Shown: positions 50,831 to 62,297 of the stretch, piece by piece
How positions within the stretch are numbered: position 1 is the stretch's first letter
Layout of the letters: each line of letters begins with the position of its first letter
Origin: Chamaesiphon sp.
Lineage (GTDB): Bacteria; Cyanobacteriota; Cyanobacteriia; Cyanobacteriales; Chamaesiphonaceae
Assembly (NCBI GenBank): GCA_965246715.1
Contig: CBDFFH010000046.1
Span: 54,227 to 118,226, forward strand
DNA length: 64,000 nucleotides
Direction of reading: 5' to 3'
Notes under the pieces: model-generated
The model's input: the letters and a program-made list of their open reading frames with translations, nothing else
What the model was told of the DNA's origin: nothing
The model's database searches: none
Program-made: the position numbers and the translations under genes

Positions 50831-51658
50831 ATGAACATTCTCACCGATTTACTCTCCCAAAAAACCCCAGCCACTCAGCAAAAGAAACAGCAAAAAGGCA
50901 TTCAAATTAAAACCGAACGGGAAATTGCGATCATGCGTCAATCGGCGCGAATTGTCGCGACGGTACTTAAGGAAATCACTGGGATGGTAGAGCCAGGGAT
51001 GACTACCGCCGATCTCGATGCCTATGCCGAAAAACGGATTCGGGCAATGGATGCGATCCCGAGTTTTAAAGGGTTATACGGGTTTCCCGCCTCGATCTGT
51101 GCCAGCATCAATAATGAAGCAGTGCATGGCATCCCCAGCAAGAAGCGAGTTCTCAAAACGGGTGATGTTCTCAAGGTCGATACCGGTGCATTTTTCCAAG
51201 GATTTCATGGCGATTCTTGCATCACGATCGGGATCGGCGAAGTCACTCCCGCTGCTGCCAAACTGATCCGCGTTGCCGAGGAAGCACTCTATAAGGGCAT
51301 CGAGCAGGTCAAAGAAGGCGCATACCTACTGGAACTTGCAGGTGCGATCCAAGACCATGTGGAGTCAAATGGCTTTAGTGTCGTCGAAGATTTTACCGGA
51401 CATGGAGTAGGTCGCAATCTCCATGAAGAACCATCCGTCTTTAACTTCCGGACGCGCGAAATGCCAAATGTCAAGCTCCGTGCTGGCATGACGATCGCGA
51501 TCGAGCCGATTATCAATGCTGGCTCGAAGATGACAGAAATGATGAAAGACAAATGGACGGCGGTAACGATCGATAAGTCGCTATCGGCTCAGTTCGAACA
51601 TACTGTGTTGGTCACTAAAGAGGGTTACGAGATTTTGACCGATCGAAATTTAGTTTAG
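50831..51658 (+). CDS. map: Type I methionine aminopeptidase
   Basis: [42 protein letters not shown]. Confidence 0.97.
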   Translation: MNILTDLLSQKTPATQQKKQQKGIQIKTEREIAIMRQSARIVATVLKEITGMVEPGMTTADLDAYAEKRIRAMDAIPSFKGLYGFPASICASINNEAVHGIPSKKRVLKTGDVLKVDTGAFFQGFHGDSCITIGIGEVTPAAAKLIRVAEEALYKGIEQVKEGAYLLELAGAIQDHVESNGFSVVEDFTGHGVGRNLHEEPSVFNFRTREMPNVKLRAGMTIAIEPIINAGSKMTEMMKDKWTAVTIDKSLSAQFEHTVLVTKEGYEILTDRNLV

Positions 51659-51678
51659 GAAATAAAATTAATGACTGG

Positions 51679-51713
51679 CACAAAGGGGAGATTTTAGTGG
51701 TCTCCCCTCTGTG
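51679..51713 (+). terminator. Intrinsic terminator after map
   Basis: cacaaaggggaga...tctcccctctgtg followed by a T-rich tract. Confidence 0.6.
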
Positions 51714-51878
51714 TGTTTAAATATCTTTTATTAGTTTGTCTGCGATCTTTGCTATATAAGTTAAACTCAAACCAGACAATCGCTAGACCTTTGAATAAAT
51801 TCTTGCCAACTCGATTTTCCTGCTAGTCGTGAATTAGCTATTCGATCGAGTGAAAAAGCGCTCCTGCTAGATGATTTT

Positions 51879-53672
51879 CTACAGGAGCGGTTGCGCCGCA
51901 AATCGATAAATCCGCAACCGATCGTCCTCATAATAAATCCGGCTATCGGGATGATGCTGGCGATAAGTCTCACAGAGTTGGAGGGTCGCAGTTGCCAATT
52001 GGCGGCGACCGCTCGGAGATCGGTAATGACGGTAGGTGGGATCTGTGAGCACCGAGTAACCCACTGGCGACTCCCGCTTGTCGCTATTGAAGGGACGTTT
52101 TTCGGCAAAGACTAGCAACTGGGTGGCGCTGGGAAATCTAAAGTCAGCAGCAGCAACACGATCTTTATATTTATCGGTAAATTTAGCCAGATCTTCATAC
52201 CAGCCGCGACCATATACCTGAGATAGTTGCTCGATCGGAGCTACGACTGTCCAGCGATGATGGGGAAAGAGATAACCGATTTCTACTGCTTTGCGGGCGG
52301 CAGCATCATATTCTAGATAGTTAATCTGCGGTGGTGGCGGCAGACAAAAATTGAGCGTTGTTGCGATAAAAATTGTTAGACATACAGGTGCCGACCAACT
52401 TGCCAATACCAATCTGCCCACTGCGGCGACCGCCATAAATAGTAAGCCAACTAGCAGACTCAACCCGATCGGTAATGTCGTAAATATCCCCTGTAACAGC
52501 GGAAAATTACTCTCTGGCACCGCAGTTAGCAGCCCTAATACGACCCATGCAGTGCTAAGTGTAAACAGTGCCATCTGCCTGCCAAAAATCATCCCAAAGC
52601 CAGCCAACAAGCTCAACGGCAACAAACTTGGCGAAATTGTTGCGACCAAGAGCACACAGCAAACAGTATTAGCGATCGCTTCGGTACGCTGTGGCGATCG
52701 CGCGATGTGTGTGCTACATCCTAAACCTAGCACCACAAACACCGCACCCACTTCGAGATCGCTCACAGCCCACGATCGAATCAATCCGTTATGTAAATTA
52801 TCCTGAAGCGCACCCAACCATTGCTGGATTGCCACGGGGAACCAACTGGAGATTGGTAGATTAACGGCGAATAAATAAGCCCCCAGGCTATAGGTAGCGG
52901 CTAATGCGGCCGCCCCACTTTTGGTCAAACATCTGACTGTGTAGCCGAGACTCAATACCAATAACGTCCCAAAAATTGCCCCGAGTAAATTGACAACTTG
53001 GAGGGGGTTAACGCCACTGAGCGCTGAGATAAAGGCCGCTAGACTCGGAAAAATCGGCAGATAATTAACATGCGGTAAGTCCCGAGCCAAAATCTGTTGG
53101 GTAATTAGTAGTTGGGTATAAGTATCGGGATGACTGAACCGAAATTCGGTGAGCGGATGCTCGAATCGCAAGACAATTGTAAATCCGATAATGGCAATCG
53201 TGCCGATCGATGCTAACAAAATCAGTGGCGGACTCCACTGCTGTAGATCGAATCGCGCCTGCACCAGTCGAGCTGCAAATTGCCAGGGTAATGATAGCCA
53301 CCGAAACAGTTGCCGCAACGATAACCCGCGATCGAAAATATCGATCGTCGCGATCGCAATTCGTTCGCCTAACTGCTGAAATTTAACTTGAGACTGCCAC
53401 TGGTGGCTAGACATCCAACCGATGCCCAGTCCGGTTAGATATACCAATACCGCAGTCAACCACGTAAATAGCCCCAACTTCGCCCACAAAATACTCCCGA
53501 TCGCCAGCGTTGTTACGGTGCGCACGAACGCCCCCACCATCCGACTAGACAGGGATGGTAACGACACCTGTGGGAATGCAACCAGTGGGAGCAATCCAAA
53601 CAAAGTTATAAAAACTACTACCACCCACACACTGGCGAATAGATCGATAATCAACGGCGGCTGCGCAAACAC
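51879..53672 (-). CDS. Multi-pass membrane protein of unknown function
   Basis: More than 10 hydrophobic segments with a soluble C-terminal domain. Confidence 0.75.
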   Translation of the reverse strand: MFAQPPLIIDLFASVWVVVVFITLFGLLPLVAFPQVSLPSLSSRMVGAFVRTVTTLAIGSILWAKLGLFTWLTAVLVYLTGLGIGWMSSHQWQSQVKFQQLGERIAIATIDIFDRGLSLRQLFRWLSLPWQFAARLVQARFDLQQWSPPLILLASIGTIAIIGFTIVLRFEHPLTEFRFSHPDTYTQLLITQQILARDLPHVNYLPIFPSLAAFISALSGVNPLQVVNLLGAIFGTLLVLSLGYTVRCLTKSGAAALAATYSLGAYLFAVNLPISSWFPVAIQQWLGALQDNLHNGLIRSWAVSDLEVGAVFVVLGLGCSTHIARSPQRTEAIANTVCCVLLVATISPSLLPLSLLAGFGMIFGRQMALFTLSTAWVVLGLLTAVPESNFPLLQGIFTTLPIGLSLLVGLLFMAVAAVGRLVLASWSAPVCLTIFIATTLNFCLPPPPQINYLEYDAAARKAVEIGYLFPHHRWTVVAPIEQLSQVYGRGWYEDLAKFTDKYKDRVAAADFRFPSATQLLVFAEKRPFNSDKRESPVGYSVLTDPTYRHYRSPSGRRQLATATLQLCETYRQHHPDSRIYYEDDRLRIYRFAAQPLL

Positions 53673-53942
53673 AATTATTTATTCATTAAATATACTAGTC
53701 ACTTACTTACTATGCCCTTTTCCCACTGCTATCTTCATCGCGGGGAATCCGAGCGGCATTAAAAACTACCACATCGGGAAAGAATGTTGTCTTGTCGCGT
53801 TCCCTCCAGCAGAGAACATGGCAAGCCATGCGCTCGATTGAGTTTAATTTTATTTTACAGGGAAATCGCGAGCGCCCAAACTGCGTTCCAAACCGCTCGG
53901 CGATCGCCTATAATAATCTTTCGTCGATCTTCAGGAGCTAAA

Positions 53943-54542
53943 ATTACGGCTTATACGCGCCCCCTCGCCACTCTAATCGAGCAATTACAGCGGTTGCCTG
54001 GAGTAGGCCCTAAATCTGCTCAGAGATTAGCTTTACATATTCTCAAACGCTCTCAATCAGAAGTCGAACAACTGGCGCAAGCGCTGCTCGATGCCAAACA
54101 GCAAGTTGGATTGTGCCAAGTCTGTTTTCATCTCTCCGCCGAACCGACTTGTGATATCTGTCGCAATCCCCAACGCGACGATCGCACGATTTGCGTCGTG
54201 GCTGATTCTCGCGATCTGATTGCCTTAGAAAAAACCCGCGAATATAACGGGAAATATCACGTCTTAGGCGGGACGATTTCACCGATGGATGGCATTGGTC
54301 CCGAACAATTAAATATTACCTCGTTAGTCCAGCGGATCGATCGTCAAGATGTTAAAGAAGTAATTATTGCGGTGAGTCCGACAGTCGAAGGAGAGACAAC
54401 CACATTATATTTAGCACGACTAATTTCACCTCTGACAAAAGTAACTAGAATCGCCTTTGGGTTGCCCATGGGTGGCGATCTCGAATATGCTGATGAAATA
54501 ACTCTCGTCCGCGCTTTAGAAGGTAGACGAGAGATAAATTGA
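53943..54542 (+). CDS. recR: Recombination mediator RecR (probable ATT start)
   Basis: [14 protein letters not shown]4 zinc finger, [28 protein letters not shown]. Confidence 0.95.
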   Translation: MTAYTRPLATLIEQLQRLPGVGPKSAQRLALHILKRSQSEVEQLAQALLDAKQQVGLCQVCFHLSAEPTCDICRNPQRDDRTICVVADSRDLIALEKTREYNGKYHVLGGTISPMDGIGPEQLNITSLVQRIDRQDVKEVIIAVSPTVEGETTTLYLARLISPLTKVTRIAFGLPMGGDLEYADEITLVRALEGRREIN

Positions 54543-54756
54543 GTGGGAATAACCGATCAAGCCGAATAGCTCGCCATCAATTGGCAATTTAGCCTAAATA
54601 ACCAGCAGTAACAGATAATGGAGCGTGGGAGATCTCGATCGAGCAGTCGATCGGATATCTAAACAATAGAGGATACTAAGTTAGTTTTTCTCGATCGAAA
54701 CAACTAGTCGACCTAATTGTTTTTTGAGAGTTAGGACAGCTAAAAAATAGAGGATC

Positions 54757-55494
54757 CTAAGTTAGTTTTTTCTTGATTAGAACCACTAATTGACCTAATT
54801 GTTTTTTGAGAGTATCGAGATCGTTTTCCAGTTGGATGACCTTGTTGACAACTGCTTGATGTTGAATATCTTTAGCATTTTGAAAAGTATCGAACTTGGC
54901 AGTCAAACCTTGAATTTCAGCTTGTCTGGATTGGTTAAGCTCTAGCAGCTGTGCTTGTAATGCTTGGATCTCTCTACTGGTAGATTGTTGCAGTTCGGCG
55001 ATTTGTGATTGCGAGAGATCGAGTTGAGCTTGTAATCGAGCGATTTCATTGCTACTAACTTGGAGTTCGCTCGTAACTGGAGTCACAGCAGGTAATTCAG
55101 CCAGACGCGGCCGAGCTTTGCGGGCTTTGGTCATCGCTACCCGAATCGCATCTGCCAGTACGATTCGATCGAATGGCTTTTCAATGAATTCAAAATACTC
55201 AAACGGTTCGGAGATCTTACTAGTTACCTCTTCTTTTTTCCCTGACATTAAGACCAGGGGAATTTTTTGGAATTCTGGATGAGCTTGAATTTGTTGAAAT
55301 ACATCCCAGCCGCTCATTTTTGGTAAGATAAAATCTAGCATAATTAGTGCGGGATGTTCTTGCTCGACAAATTGGATGCCCTCCAAGCCATCTTTGGCTT
55401 CGATGACTTCAAAGTCACCTTCTGGCAGCATATCGCGGACGGTTTTGCGGATCACTCGACTGTCATCGATCACCAAGATTTTGCTACTTGCCAC
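54757..55494 (-). CDS. Response regulator receiver with coiled-coil tail
   Basis: ILVIDDS, LIMLDFILPKMSGW, FIEKPF. Confidence 0.9.
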   Translation of the reverse strand: MASSKILVIDDSRVIRKTVRDMLPEGDFEVIEAKDGLEGIQFVEQEHPALIMLDFILPKMSGWDVFQQIQAHPEFQKIPLVLMSGKKEEVTSKISEPFEYFEFIEKPFDRIVLADAIRVAMTKARKARPRLAELPAVTPVTSELQVSSNEIARLQAQLDLSQSQIAELQQSTSREIQALQAQLLELNQSRQAEIQGLTAKFDTFQNAKDIQHQAVVNKVIQLENDLDTLKKQLGQLVVLIKKKLT

Positions 55495-55707
55495 ACTTAA
55501 CTCCTTTATATCTTGCAGTTTTGTTAATTTAGGTCTGGTTACTAGTCGTTACTCCCATCTTTTAATTCAGACTATTTAACCTAGTTTCAGTAAGAATTTA
55601 TCAAGCTGGTGGGAAATTACGCTCTCAATGGAGAATTGCTAAAATCTAAAGTACTACTTCTGACTCTACATCTTATTACCGATCGTAATCTAACACCCAT
55701 CTCTAAT

Positions 55708-56610
55708 ATGCCCTCATCTCCAGCAGATTTAGCTAAGTGGCGCTCCGAAATTCAATCTCTTCCACCGTGGTTGCGCCGATCGATCGGGACGGCTAGCGAA
55801 TTATCAACAGTTCAGCAGATTGTCAAACAGCGTCAGATCCATACGATCTGCGAAGAAGGCCGTTGTCCGAATCGGGGCGAGTGCTACAGTCAAAAAACAG
55901 CAAGTTTCCTGCTAATGGGGCCAACCTGCACCCGCAGTTGTGGTTTTTGTCAGGTGGATAAAGGTCACGCTCCGATGCCGCTAGATCCGCAAGAACCAGC
56001 AAAGGTTGCTGAAGCCGTTAAATTGCTGGGCTTGCGTTATGTGGTGTTGACCGCAGTAGCGCGAGACGATCTCGAGGATGGCGGGGCAGGGTGGTTTGTA
56101 GCGACGATCGCGGCAATTAGATCGATCGCGCCCGAAACGCAAATCGAGGTGCTGACTCCAGATTTTTGGAGTGGCAAGGATGCGGCGCTATCTCAACAAC
56201 AGCGAGTAGCCACCATCGTTGGCGTAAAACCTGCTTGTTATAATCATAATATCGAAACTGTCGCCAGACTACAAGATCGCGTGCGGCGGGGGGCAAAATA
56301 CACTCGATCGCTAGATGTATTGCGCTATGTCAAAGCGTTAGATCCGAATATTCCAACTAAATCAGGTTTGATGCTGGGGCATGGCGAGACTGAAGCCGAA
56401 GTGCTAGCAACTTTACAAGATCTCCGATCGATCGATTGCGATCGGGTCACATTAGGGCAATACATGCGCCCATCGCTGGAACATCTCCCCGTCATCAAAT
56501 ACTGGACACCAGCAGAATTCGATCGCTTGGGATCGATCGCCCGAGCATTGGGGTTTGAGCACGTTCGCTCTGGGCCGTTAGTCCGAAGTTCCTATCATGC
56601 CGGAGAATAG
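55708..56610 (+). CDS. lipA: Lipoyl synthase
   Basis: [38 protein letters not shown] at 55708 preferred. Confidence 0.96.
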   Translation: MPSSPADLAKWRSEIQSLPPWLRRSIGTASELSTVQQIVKQRQIHTICEEGRCPNRGECYSQKTASFLLMGPTCTRSCGFCQVDKGHAPMPLDPQEPAKVAEAVKLLGLRYVVLTAVARDDLEDGGAGWFVATIAAIRSIAPETQIEVLTPDFWSGKDAALSQQQRVATIVGVKPACYNHNIETVARLQDRVRRGAKYTRSLDVLRYVKALDPNIPTKSGLMLGHGETEAEVLATLQDLRSIDCDRVTLGQYMRPSLEHLPVIKYWTPAEFDRLGSIARALGFEHVRSGPLVRSSYHAGE

Positions 56611-56682
56611 TCAGGATACTTAACTCGATCGCTTTTTACGTCGGGAGACAAAGGCGTGTGTGCATCGCAAATCGCTGCTATA

Positions 56683-56812
56683 TTTACAAAACCTGCCTCC
56701 GCAGGTTGCAGAAAACCTTAGTCTGCGGAGCGGCGAGCGCTCTGGAGGAAACCTCCAGGTTTAGCGTGCCAAGACAGGCAGACTTTGCAGCAATAGTGGC
56801 GGTTTTAACCGC
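56683..56812. repeat. REP-like palindrome carrying a 45-bp hairpin insertion (56731-56775)
   Basis: tagtctgcgg-AG-[insert]-AG-gcagactttgc; gcggttttaaccgc. Confidence 0.65.
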
Positions 56813-56929
56813 TAGCAGCTTTTCAGACACCCTCTGAGGGGAAAGTGTCCAGTCGATCTCAAAAACATTAAATCATCCCTGAAATCAGCAACCCCTTGCC
56901 ATTCAAACAGAGCAAGGCATACCTGAGTT

Positions 56930-59365
56930 TTAGACTCTTTCGGCTGCGGCAACTTCTAAGCGCGTTTTCAACACCGAATCAGGATTGAGGCTCATCGAAT
57001 CAATGCCCTCATTGACCAGAAACTTCGCAAATTCAGGATAATCGCTCGGTGCCTGTCCACAAATCCCAATTTTGCGCCCGTGTTTGTGAACGGTTTGAAT
57101 TGCCTTACTAATCATTTGTTTGACGGCATTGTTACGTTCGTCAAATAAATGTGCCACCAATTCAGAATCGCGATCGATCCCTAAAGTGAGCTGAGTCAGA
57201 TCGTTAGAACCGATCGAGAAACCATCGAATATTTCGCAAAATTCATCCGCGAGGATAACATTACTTGGCAACTCACACATCACATAAACTTGCAAATCGT
57301 TCTCGCCTTGCACCAGACCATTTGTCGCCATTTCTGCTAATACCCGCCGTCCTTCTTGAGGCGTTCGGCAAAATGGCACCATTAAAATTACGTTGGTTAA
57401 ACCCATTATGTCGCGGACTTTCTTCATCGCCTGACACTCCAAGGCAAATCCAGCGCGATAGCGATCGTCATAATAGCGCGAAGCCCCTCGCCAGCCGAGC
57501 ATCGGATTTTCTTCGATCGGCTCAAATTGTCTGCCACCCAGTAAATTAGCATATTCGTTACTCTTGAAATCGCTCAAGCGGACGATGACAGGTTTGGGAT
57601 AAAATGCCGCCGCGATCGTGCCGATCCCTTCAGCGAGGTTGTCGATAAAAAATTGACTCTTATCTACATATTGCGCTGTTAATTTAGCAATTTGATTAGC
57701 CGCAACTTTATCCTTTAACTCATTAAAGTTAATTAAGGCTAATGGATGTATTTTAATGCGATCGGCAATCACAAACTCCATCCGCGCTAACCCGACCCCA
57801 TCATTTGGCAGCGCACTTAAGGCAAATACCCCTTCGGGATTGCCCACATTCATCATGATTTTGGTGCGGGTAGGCGGTAGATTTTCAAGCGAAATTTCAT
57901 CTACGCGATAAGGGATTAAACCTTGATAAACTCGACCAGTTTCCCCCGTTGCACAACTAACTGTGATATCTTGTCCCGATCGAATTACCTCTGTCGCATT
58001 ACCGCAACCAACGATCGCCGGAATTCCCATTTCGCGTGCGATAATCGCGGCATGACAGACGCGTCCACCAGTATTTGTGACGATCGCACTGGCTTTTTTC
58101 ATAATCGGTTGCCAATCGGGATCGGTACGATTTGTGACTAATATTTCCCCAGCTTGAAATAAATCGATCTCCCGCAGATCTAAAATTACACGTGCTTTTC
58201 CCTGACCGATAGTTTCACCTACTGCCCGACCAGTAATTAGCTCGGTACCCGATGCTAACAACTGATATGTTCGTAATACATTTGCCGATCTTTGCGATCG
58301 AGTGGTTTCCGGACGCGCTTGGACGATAAATAATTCTTGAGTGATGCCATCTTTGGCCCATTCGATATCCATTGGTGTATAAACACCATGTACTTGTGAG
58401 TAATGTGATTCGATCGAGCAAGTCCAGCTTGCTAGTTGCAGAATTTCATCATCATTTAAGGCAAACATCTCGCGCTCCGATCGCGAAACTGAGATATTTC
58501 TAGTTAGTTTAGAACCGCTAAGATCGTAAACCATCTTAATTTCTTTGCTACCCAATTGTTTTTTAACGATCGGGCGATATCCCTGTTGGAGTGTTGGCTT
58601 AAAGACTAAATATTCATCAGGATTGACGGCACCTTGGACGACAGTTTCACCCAATCCATAAGCAGCGGTAATCAGGGCAGCATCTTTGAAACCTGACTCG
58701 GTATCGATCGAAAACATCACTCCAGATGCCGCTAAATCGGAGCGCACCATCTTTTGAACGCCGATCGACAGTGCTACCTCAAAATGGTCGAAACCGTTGT
58801 TGTGGCGGTAAGAAATCGCGCGATCGGTAAATAGCGATGCAAAGCATTTCGCACAGGCGGCAATCAGTCCGTTCGTGCCGTGGACGTTGAGATATGTCTC
58901 TTGCTGTCCCGCAAAACTTGCATCGGGTAAATCTTCGGCAGTGGCACTCGATCGCACGGCAACATCGGTATCCGCGCCATATTCTCGACACAATTGTTGA
59001 TAGGCTGTAACGATCGCAGCTACTAGTTCTGGTGGGAACGGAGTTTGTAAGATGAGTTCGCGGGCTTGGTTGCCACGTTGACGCAAGTTTTCACCATCTT
59101 CAACATCCAAATCTACGAAGATATCGCGTAACTTTTGCTCCAAACCAGCGCTGGCAATGAAGTAACGATAAGCATCAGCGGTAGTCGCAAACCCCGTCGG
59201 CACTTTTACACCTTTTGCGGTCAACTGCTGAATCATCTCGCCTAATGAGGCATTTTTACCACCTACCAGCGCGATATCGGCAATGCCAACTGCTGCCAAC
59301 TGTAGAACGAATACTGGTAGGGAATAATATTCGATCGATTGGGAATTTTTATTAGTGGGGCGCAT
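56930..59365 (-). CDS. ppsA: Phosphoenolpyruvate synthase
   Basis: VGGKNASLGEM, AVRSSATAEDLP.ASFAGQQET, CHAAIIARE, FSIGSNDLTQ. Confidence 0.97.
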   Translation of the reverse strand: MRPTNKNSQSIEYYSLPVFVLQLAAVGIADIALVGGKNASLGEMIQQLTAKGVKVPTGFATTADAYRYFIASAGLEQKLRDIFVDLDVEDGENLRQRGNQARELILQTPFPPELVAAIVTAYQQLCREYGADTDVAVRSSATAEDLPDASFAGQQETYLNVHGTNGLIAACAKCFASLFTDRAISYRHNNGFDHFEVALSIGVQKMVRSDLAASGVMFSIDTESGFKDAALITAAYGLGETVVQGAVNPDEYLVFKPTLQQGYRPIVKKQLGSKEIKMVYDLSGSKLTRNISVSRSEREMFALNDDEILQLASWTCSIESHYSQVHGVYTPMDIEWAKDGITQELFIVQARPETTRSQRSANVLRTYQLLASGTELITGRAVGETIGQGKARVILDLREIDLFQAGEILVTNRTDPDWQPIMKKASAIVTNTGGRVCHAAIIAREMGIPAIVGCGNATEVIRSGQDITVSCATGETGRVYQGLIPYRVDEISLENLPPTRTKIMMNVGNPEGVFALSALPNDGVGLARMEFVIADRIKIHPLALINFNELKDKVAANQIAKLTAQYVDKSQFFIDNLAEGIGTIAAAFYPKPVIVRLSDFKSNEYANLLGGRQFEPIEENPMLGWRGASRYYDDRYRAGFALECQAMKKVRDIMGLTNVILMVPFCRTPQEGRRVLAEMATNGLVQGENDLQVYVMCELPSNVILADEFCEIFDGFSIGSNDLTQLTLGIDRDSELVAHLFDERNNAVKQMISKAIQTVHKHGRKIGICGQAPSDYPEFAKFLVNEGIDSMSLNPDSVLKTRLEVAAAERV

Positions 59366-59665
59366 TAACAAATATCTCTTTAGGAAGGGATTTGAGAATT
59401 TTAGCTTAGGTTCACACTACGATCCTTCTTTATGGTAGCGGCAATATGGGACGAGCATCGAATTTAAGTCTTCACCCAATTTTCCGCAGATAAATTGAGG
59501 AAGTTGTGAGGATGCGAGGATTTGTTGCAAAAATATCATCTGAAGAGCGTAAAACTCGATCGGTTAGCGATCGGTTAAGAATTTTTGCGCGGGTTGTCGG
59601 TCGATCGATTATTTTTCGGCAACGTGGGAACTATAGAAATAAGCTAAAAAAATTTAGGTTCGATC

Positions 59666-61006
59666 GTGTCTTCAGCAACAGAATTTATCGGGCAGGTTTT
59701 ACACCAGCGGTATCGGATCGATCGGCAGTTAGGCAAAAAGACTGGCAGACGGACATTTTTAGCGATCGATCTGCATACCGAGTTACCTGTCGTAATTAAA
59801 TTGCTAATGTTTAATAACGAGTTTATTTGGGACGATCTCAAATTGTTCGAGCGAGAAGCAGAAACCCTCAAACATCTCGATCTACCATCCATTCCGCGCT
59901 ATCTAGACTATTTTGAATTTGACTTACCCAAGTTAAGCGGTTTTGCATTGGTGCAAACCTATCTCGACGCACCATCCCTGGAAGAAGTAGTAAGTGGAGG
60001 ACGACGTTTTACCGATCTAGAGTTACGAGAATTAGCCACATCGCTCCTCGATATTCTCGATTATTTGCACTCGCTCCAACCACCCACGATCCACCGCGAT
60101 ATCAAGCCCAGCAATATTCTCCTCACTAATCGATCGGGTAATAGCATCGGCGACGTGTATCTGGTAGATTTTGGCTCTGTCCAAAATGTAGCAATTCAGG
60201 ATGGCGGTACGATGACCGTAGTTGGCACCTACGGCTATATGCCACTGGAACAATTTGGCGGGAAAACTGTGCCAGCTTCCGATCTTTACAGTTTAGGCGC
60301 GACCTTAATTTATACGATAACGGGTACCCATCCGGCGGAATTGCCCCAAGAAGACGGCCAAATTCAATTACCAGCAAATCTGAGTAACGGCTGGCAATGT
60401 TGGCTAAAAAAAGCGATCGCGCCCAGTCTCAAAAACCGCTTTCCCGATATTAAAGCAGCAAAGCTCGCACTAGGACAATTGGATGAGTCCGCGATTATTA
60501 CCACCGCAAAACCTTATGGTAGTACGCTGATTTTAACTAAAAATGTCGATTCGATCGAGATTACCAGTCAAGAGCGACGTTATCCAATTTCTTGGGGAAC
60601 AGTAGCGATCTTAAGCTTGTTCATCTTGCCATTTGCACCACTTCTACCGATTATTTACAACTTTTTTTATTACCTTTTTGTTAAAATCCAAGTACGAATC
60701 GACAATGAGACGATCGGGAGTTATTACAAATTAGGTCAACTACAATTTAAGCAGAATTCAAGTAGCCCCCGTTCGCGCATCGATCGGCTCCAGTATCATC
60801 ATATGTTCCACGCAAAAGGTAAGAATCAGGTAGAGGCAATCAAGGAAGTTATCATCGCCGCTGGTGTAAACGAATATCGAATTAAGTGTAGCAGTGAGAC
60901 TGAAGCTGAATGGTTGCTAGCCGAACTAAGCGAATACTTAAATTTACCAATGGGCAAACATCCCGATTCCGAGCAATATCGGGAACAGAATTTACGCTCG
61001 TCCTAA
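59666..61006 (+). CDS. Ser/Thr protein kinase with C-terminal TM segment
   Basis: HRDIKPSN, DFG, GTYGYMPLEQ. Confidence 0.92.
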   Translation: MSSATEFIGQVLHQRYRIDRQLGKKTGRRTFLAIDLHTELPVVIKLLMFNNEFIWDDLKLFEREAETLKHLDLPSIPRYLDYFEFDLPKLSGFALVQTYLDAPSLEEVVSGGRRFTDLELRELATSLLDILDYLHSLQPPTIHRDIKPSNILLTNRSGNSIGDVYLVDFGSVQNVAIQDGGTMTVVGTYGYMPLEQFGGKTVPASDLYSLGATLIYTITGTHPAELPQEDGQIQLPANLSNGWQCWLKKAIAPSLKNRFPDIKAAKLALGQLDESAIITTAKPYGSTLILTKNVDSIEITSQERRYPISWGTVAILSLFILPFAPLLPIIYNFFYYLFVKIQVRIDNETIGSYYKLGQLQFKQNSSSPRSRIDRLQYHHMFHAKGKNQVEAIKEVIIAAGVNEYRIKCSSETEAEWLLAELSEYLNLPMGKHPDSEQYREQNLRSS

Positions 61007-61119
61007 TTTAGCGATCGCTAATTTCGTCAAGACCACTAGCAAGATTCCTCCGCTTGATACCGCGAGCGACTCCCCACAGTGAAATCTTCGTTCGAGCATT
61101 ATCGTTAGGAACCTAATTA

Positions 61120-62088
61120 TTACCAAGCGCCAGTGCGATCGAGAAATGGCGATCGAGCGGGTGCAGACCAGCGCAACGGCAAACTACCGGAAACTCGATA
61201 CCCCGCACCAACCTCAAACCGAATCAACCGTTCCGCACCTACAAACTTAGAAAGTTCGTCGCCGTCCCAGATTGTTGCTGCCGTACCCGTTAAATACAAC
61301 AAATCTCCCCGATCGAAATCGATAAATAACAATCCCGCACGCGAATCGAGCAACAAATTGCCGATCGTGCTGAAGTGCAAATTACCAGAAAAGTCCGGAA
61401 AAGTGAGCGTCCGCGCGTTATCGACCCGCACGAATCCCGGTTTACCGCCACGATGTGAGACATCTATGCCCTCACTCGGATGGCTGCGATTGCCTCGAAA
61501 TGTTGTCGCGATGAAAAATGTATCAGCGGCAGTAATTATCGCACTCTCTGCTTCGCCGATCGGATCGAGTAATGCGATCGACTGAGGTACGGTCACTGCC
61601 AGGAACTCATCAACCGATTCAAGCGTGCGCGCTTGGATGTACTGCGGACAGTTGCCAAAACTCTGCCCCACCCGCACTGTGAAACCAGTTGCCTCGATCG
61701 CGCTAATGTTGCCGTTCAACCGATTGCGGCGACGGGTGGCTAGTTCGATGCCCAACAAGCCAATATCTGCACCTGGAGTTAATGTCGTGGCGATCGGATC
61801 GCCAAATAGTGGTTTTGTGGTGACTTGTAGCGTTCGCTCGTCTGGTGTGGAGAGAAAGCCAGCTTCCCCTGTCAATATCGAAGCCCAGAGTCGCCCCTGT
61901 CGATCGAGCGTTCCGGCAACCAGGAACGGCAATTGCGCAAAAAATTGCCGATGTTGCTCGGTCAAATAATCGCGAATTATCCGCCTGCCCTGTGCTTCGA
62001 TGCGATCGCGGACACCTACTCGCTCCTGAATCGCGATCTCTCCTGCATGAAACGGTGATTCTTGGTGAGACCATCCTGAATCAATCAT
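61120..62088 (-). CDS. Pyridoxamine 5'-phosphate oxidase family (tandem FMN-binding) protein
   Basis: SPFHAGE, RRRNRLNG, FGNCPQYIQ, DVSHRGGKPGFV, PDFSGN. Confidence 0.9.
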   Translation of the reverse strand: MIDSGWSHQESPFHAGEIAIQERVGVRDRIEAQGRRIIRDYLTEQHRQFFAQLPFLVAGTLDRQGRLWASILTGEAGFLSTPDERTLQVTTKPLFGDPIATTLTPGADIGLLGIELATRRRNRLNGNISAIEATGFTVRVGQSFGNCPQYIQARTLESVDEFLAVTVPQSIALLDPIGEAESAIITAADTFFIATTFRGNRSHPSEGIDVSHRGGKPGFVRVDNARTLTFPDFSGNLHFSTIGNLLLDSRAGLLFIDFDRGDLLYLTGTAATIWDGDELSKFVGAERLIRFEVGAGYRVSGSLPLRWSAPARSPFLDRTGAW

Positions 62089-62297
62089 CTTGTTTGCCCT
62101 CCTTATTAGGAACTGTCAAGCCACGAGGAGACATCCTCTACTTCTTCTCAGCGTTGGGGAGGTTTCCATTACTCATGTCTTGCACCAGTACATAAAAACT
62201 GGTGAAATCATCACAAAACTTACTCCTGAGTACTAGCCAATAGCCACTAGCCACTAAATCACTAGTAACTTAGTTTTGATGCAAGATGTGAGATTAT

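Noticed and set aside
53784..53942. RecR N-terminal extension
   Set aside because: Not RecR-like and contains the likely promoter and RBS
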